Positions 21,951 through 23,714 of a stretch of 23,714 nucleotides of DNA are shown here, in pieces. A program made the translations under genes and the position numbers. Origin of the DNA: Alphaproteobacteria bacterium (GTDB taxonomy: Bacteria > Pseudomonadota > Alphaproteobacteria > UBA8317); assembly GCA_038131935.1 (NCBI GenBank), contig JAYPQH010000013.1, forward strand, positions 1 to 23,714. Reading direction: 5' to 3'. The notes under the pieces are model-generated. The model made no database searches and had not been told where the DNA came from. It was given only the letters and a program-made list of their open reading frames with translations. The stretch's first letter is position 1. Every line of letters begins with the position of its first letter.

Positions 21951-21967
21951 GTTATTTAAACCTTAAC
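21951..21967. promoter_or_regulatory. CtrA-box-like dyad upstream of the XRE gene
   Basis: The minus strand reads GTTAA-GGTTTAA-ATAAC, one mismatch to TTAA-N7-TTAAC. The AT-rich context raises the chance of a random match. Confidence 0.35.
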
Positions 21968-22003
21968 ATCTACTTTTTGTGGTTTTGTCCTATCGACTGT
22001 CTC

Positions 22004-23127
22004 TTATTTTAGAGCGTCTATAAATTTTTGGAAGAGTATGGTGGTGTCGTCGGGGCCAGGTGATGCTTCTGGGTGATATTGAACTGAGAAAACCCGTCCG
22101 TCAAAAGCTTCAAGGCCGCAATTTGTCCCGTCAAACAGTGAGACATGCGTTTCCTTTACATGCTGGGGAAAGCTGCTTGCATCAACGGTAAAACCATGGT
22201 TCATCGATGTGATAGCTACTTTGCCTGTCTGGATTTCTTTCACGGGATGATTGACCCCATGATGGCCAAACTTCATCTTTTTGGTTTGAGCGCCTAAAGC
22301 CAATGCAAGCAGTTGGTGTCCCAGACAAATCCCAAACAAAGGTAGCTTTTTATTGAGAGACCAGTTGATTGCATCCATGGCAACATGTGCCGTTGCAGAT
22401 GGATCACCTGGTCCATTTGATAGAAACACCCCATCAGGGTTCAGAATTTCAAGTTCGCTTGGAGATATGTTTGCAGGGCAAACAATCACCCGACAACCCA
22501 ATGCGCGCAGATGGCGGAGTATATTTGTTTTCATGCCATAATCGATGGCAACCACAGTTTTGCCAGTTTTGGGAACATCTGCTGTTGCCCACAAGCCTTC
22601 ATTCCACTCATATTTTTGTGCTGTTGAAACCTTACTGGCCAAATCAAGACCTTCCAATCCTGAAACTCATCCAATTCTTGATGGGCCTTTTGAATGTTTT
22701 CTTGAGTGGCAGGATTTATAAGCGCGGCCTTCATGGCGCCTTTATCTCGAATAAGTCCTGCAACTCTGCGGGTATCTACACCTGAAATGCCAACAAGATT
22801 TTGGCTTCGCGCCCAACTATCTAGATCTTGTTTTGCTCTCCAATTTGATGTCGTTATGAAAGTCTCTCTGATGACAAATCCGTTCGCGTGAGCCGTTTTT
22901 TGCTCATGGTCCTCATCGTTTGTGCCAACATTCCCGATATGTGGGTTCGTGAACGTAATGATTTGGCCTGAATATGATGGATCGGTTAACGTTTCTTGGT
23001 AGCCCGTCATGGCGGTGTTAAAGCAAATTTCACCGACCACAACATTTTGAAGGCCTAACCCATAGCCATTGATCAATGTACCGTCCTCAAGAAGTAATGC
23101 GGCTTTTTGATCTGTTTCCATACTCAT
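22004..23127 (-). CDS. carA: Carbamoyl-phosphate synthase small subunit; one apparent -1 indel at ~22660
   Basis: GEICFNTAMTGYQE.LTDPSY, GVDTR; then GLDLA..VS, LSNGPGDP, FGICLGHQ (catalytic Cys), SVQYHPEASPGP. The two ORFs join with one added base at 22659-22665. Confidence 0.95.
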
Positions 23128-23339
23128 GGGCTAAACCTTTCTTCGCGCGTTGGATCACTTCAGTGGAGCATGTATCGCACCAGTAACAACAATGGCAAGC
23201 TGATGATTATATTGATACCAAATTTTTGTTGCTACTATTGAAACCGCAAATAGATTTCAAATTTACTGGGGTGCATCCAAGAGGCTTTTGGTTGGGAGGG
23301 GTAAGATAAGTTGTTAGCCCACTAAAAATTTAAATTTAC

Positions 23340-23714
23340 GCAGAGAATTCTATACCGCTGCCTCAGCAGGTACTGCTGCTGCAAGCAAATCATACTATCA
23401 GAAATCAGTCAAGAATGATTTCACCTGAGTGACTGCTCCCTATTGCACCTACAGCGTCGGCATTGATATAGGATAGCCTTCCAACATGTTCAATAATTGA
23501 TATAAAGTCATCGGAGTCTAGGCTGGCGCGGGAACGAAGTGTTCTGTTACCCCCACTGACATTATCGAACAGTAATGTTGAGCCTTGCACTTCATTGTAT
23601 AACTCTGGCACTTCATTTCTAAAATTTATAAATGCAGCTGCATAGCCTTGATCTACGAGTCGAGACATCAATCCACGCTAGCACACGTAACTGAAACGAA
23701 GCATAACATTTTTT
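23340..23714 (-). pseudogene. Alpha/beta-hydrolase-like fragment (disrupted; 5' part outside the window)
   Basis: RLVDQGYAAAFINFR, DFISIIEHV..LSYINADAVGAIGSSHSGEII (nucleophile-elbow-like). A shifted frame continues as DLLAAAVPAEAAV. No clean continuation is visible, so this may be a real remnant or an error-rich contig end. Confidence 0.5.

Overview
A gene-dense core-genome segment of an alphaproteobacterium (inferred from protein similarity to Rhizobiales/Rhodospirillales-type AatA, LsrB/VtlR and CarAB, and from the DUF1285-Nudix-DUF6111-cca block). Gene order: 3' end of an EamA/DMT transporter (missed by the ORF track), uvrB, ChaN-like protein, aatA, msrP, trxB, LsrB/VtlR-like LysR regulator, a probable ~110-nt anti-Shine-Dalgarno sRNA, oxidoreductase-SelD fusion, oligopeptidase B, cca, DUF6111, CoA pyrophosphatase, DUF1285, GNAT, msrB, mnmH (selU), ELM1-family protein, Lrp, greA, carB, XRE-HTH, carA and a broken alpha/beta-hydrolase fragment. 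Several genes are split by single-base indels in or beside short homopolymers, densest at both window ends, which most likely reflects long-read consensus error rather than pseudogenisation. I saw no mobile element, CRISPR array, tRNA or rRNA. The best leads are: (1) an unannotated LysR box-promoter-sRNA-terminator module at 7368-7550; (2) a selenium/redox neighbourhood (fused SelD, MnmH, TrxB, MsrP without MsrQ, MsrB); (3) an in-frame UGA inside cca and an in-frame UGA junction between msrB and mnmH; (4) an XRE regulator with a CtrA-like box between carA and carB. None of these is proven to be a new system. All family assignments come from motif recognition, not database searches.
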